DNA from: Ascidiella aspersa
Taxonomy: Eukaryota
Direction: 5' to 3'
Length of the DNA stretch: 64,000 bases
Assembly (NCBI GenBank): GCA_963924565.1
Contig: OZ004611.1
Location: forward strand, 25,110,001 to 25,174,000
Position numbers and translations under genes: made by a program. Below, in pieces: positions 63,654 to 64,000 of this stretch. Position 1 is the first letter of the stretch. Each line of letters starts with the position of its first letter. The notes under the pieces were generated by a model. That model worked only from the letters and a program-made list of their open reading frames with translations, had not been told where the DNA came from and searched no databases.

Positions 63654-64000
63654 GCCTAAGAAGCCTTTGATAATAATTTCTTATCGTGATTTAAGCTCAT
63701 ATTTCAAATTTGTATTGACTTTTTTGCTGCCGTTCGCTTGCTGCTATGTTTGCTTTTATGGTTTCCTATACTGTGGAGTTGTCTTTTAGTCTCCTATTTG
63801 TTTCTAATTTTCTGTGTTAAGGCTACGTTGTACCGTTGCTACATTTTACGACCAACTTGCCGTATTTTTACGCACAACAATCCCGGCACTGGTTAAAAGT
63901 TAGAAGAAATCATTTATATTATATTTGTATAAATAAAACTTAAAAAAAAAAAATCAGAATAGGAAACGTATAAATTTAATCCAAAAAATTTAATAAAGTC

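Overview
AT-rich eukaryotic (animal) genomic DNA. Intron style and repeat content suggest an invertebrate, possibly an ascidian/tunicate, but that is low-confidence inference. Only one protein-coding gene is supportable: a minus-strand, six-coding-exon Polycomb group RING finger gene of the PCGF2/PCGF4 (BMI1/MEL18/Psc) class. Its CDS joins complement(33908..34019, 33185..33394, 32531..32636, 31832..31979, 30842..30922, 27152..30277), 3783 nt, 1260 aa, with all GT-AG junctions in phase. The protein has a C3HC4 RING, a RAWUL domain and a ~1040-aa basic, low-complexity, polyQ-containing tail on a single exon, like Drosophila Psc. The most interesting signal is in that tail and the RING-adjacent helix: two CtBP-type PxDLS-like motifs at the C-terminus, an internal RRKPxxP NuRD/RBBP4-type motif, three [RP]-x-I-[AL]-P-[KA]-like motifs, and Q73/E77 in place of the BMI1 K73-D77 salt bridge. 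The remaining ~57 kb has no recognisable gene. It holds several non-autonomous hAT/MITE families (some with perfect 8-bp TSDs), a tRNA-derived element with inverted composite copies, degenerate minisatellites, probable LINE scraps and several CpG/GC-rich islands that look regulatory. No autonomous transposase, rRNA, genuine tRNA or CRISPR array was found.
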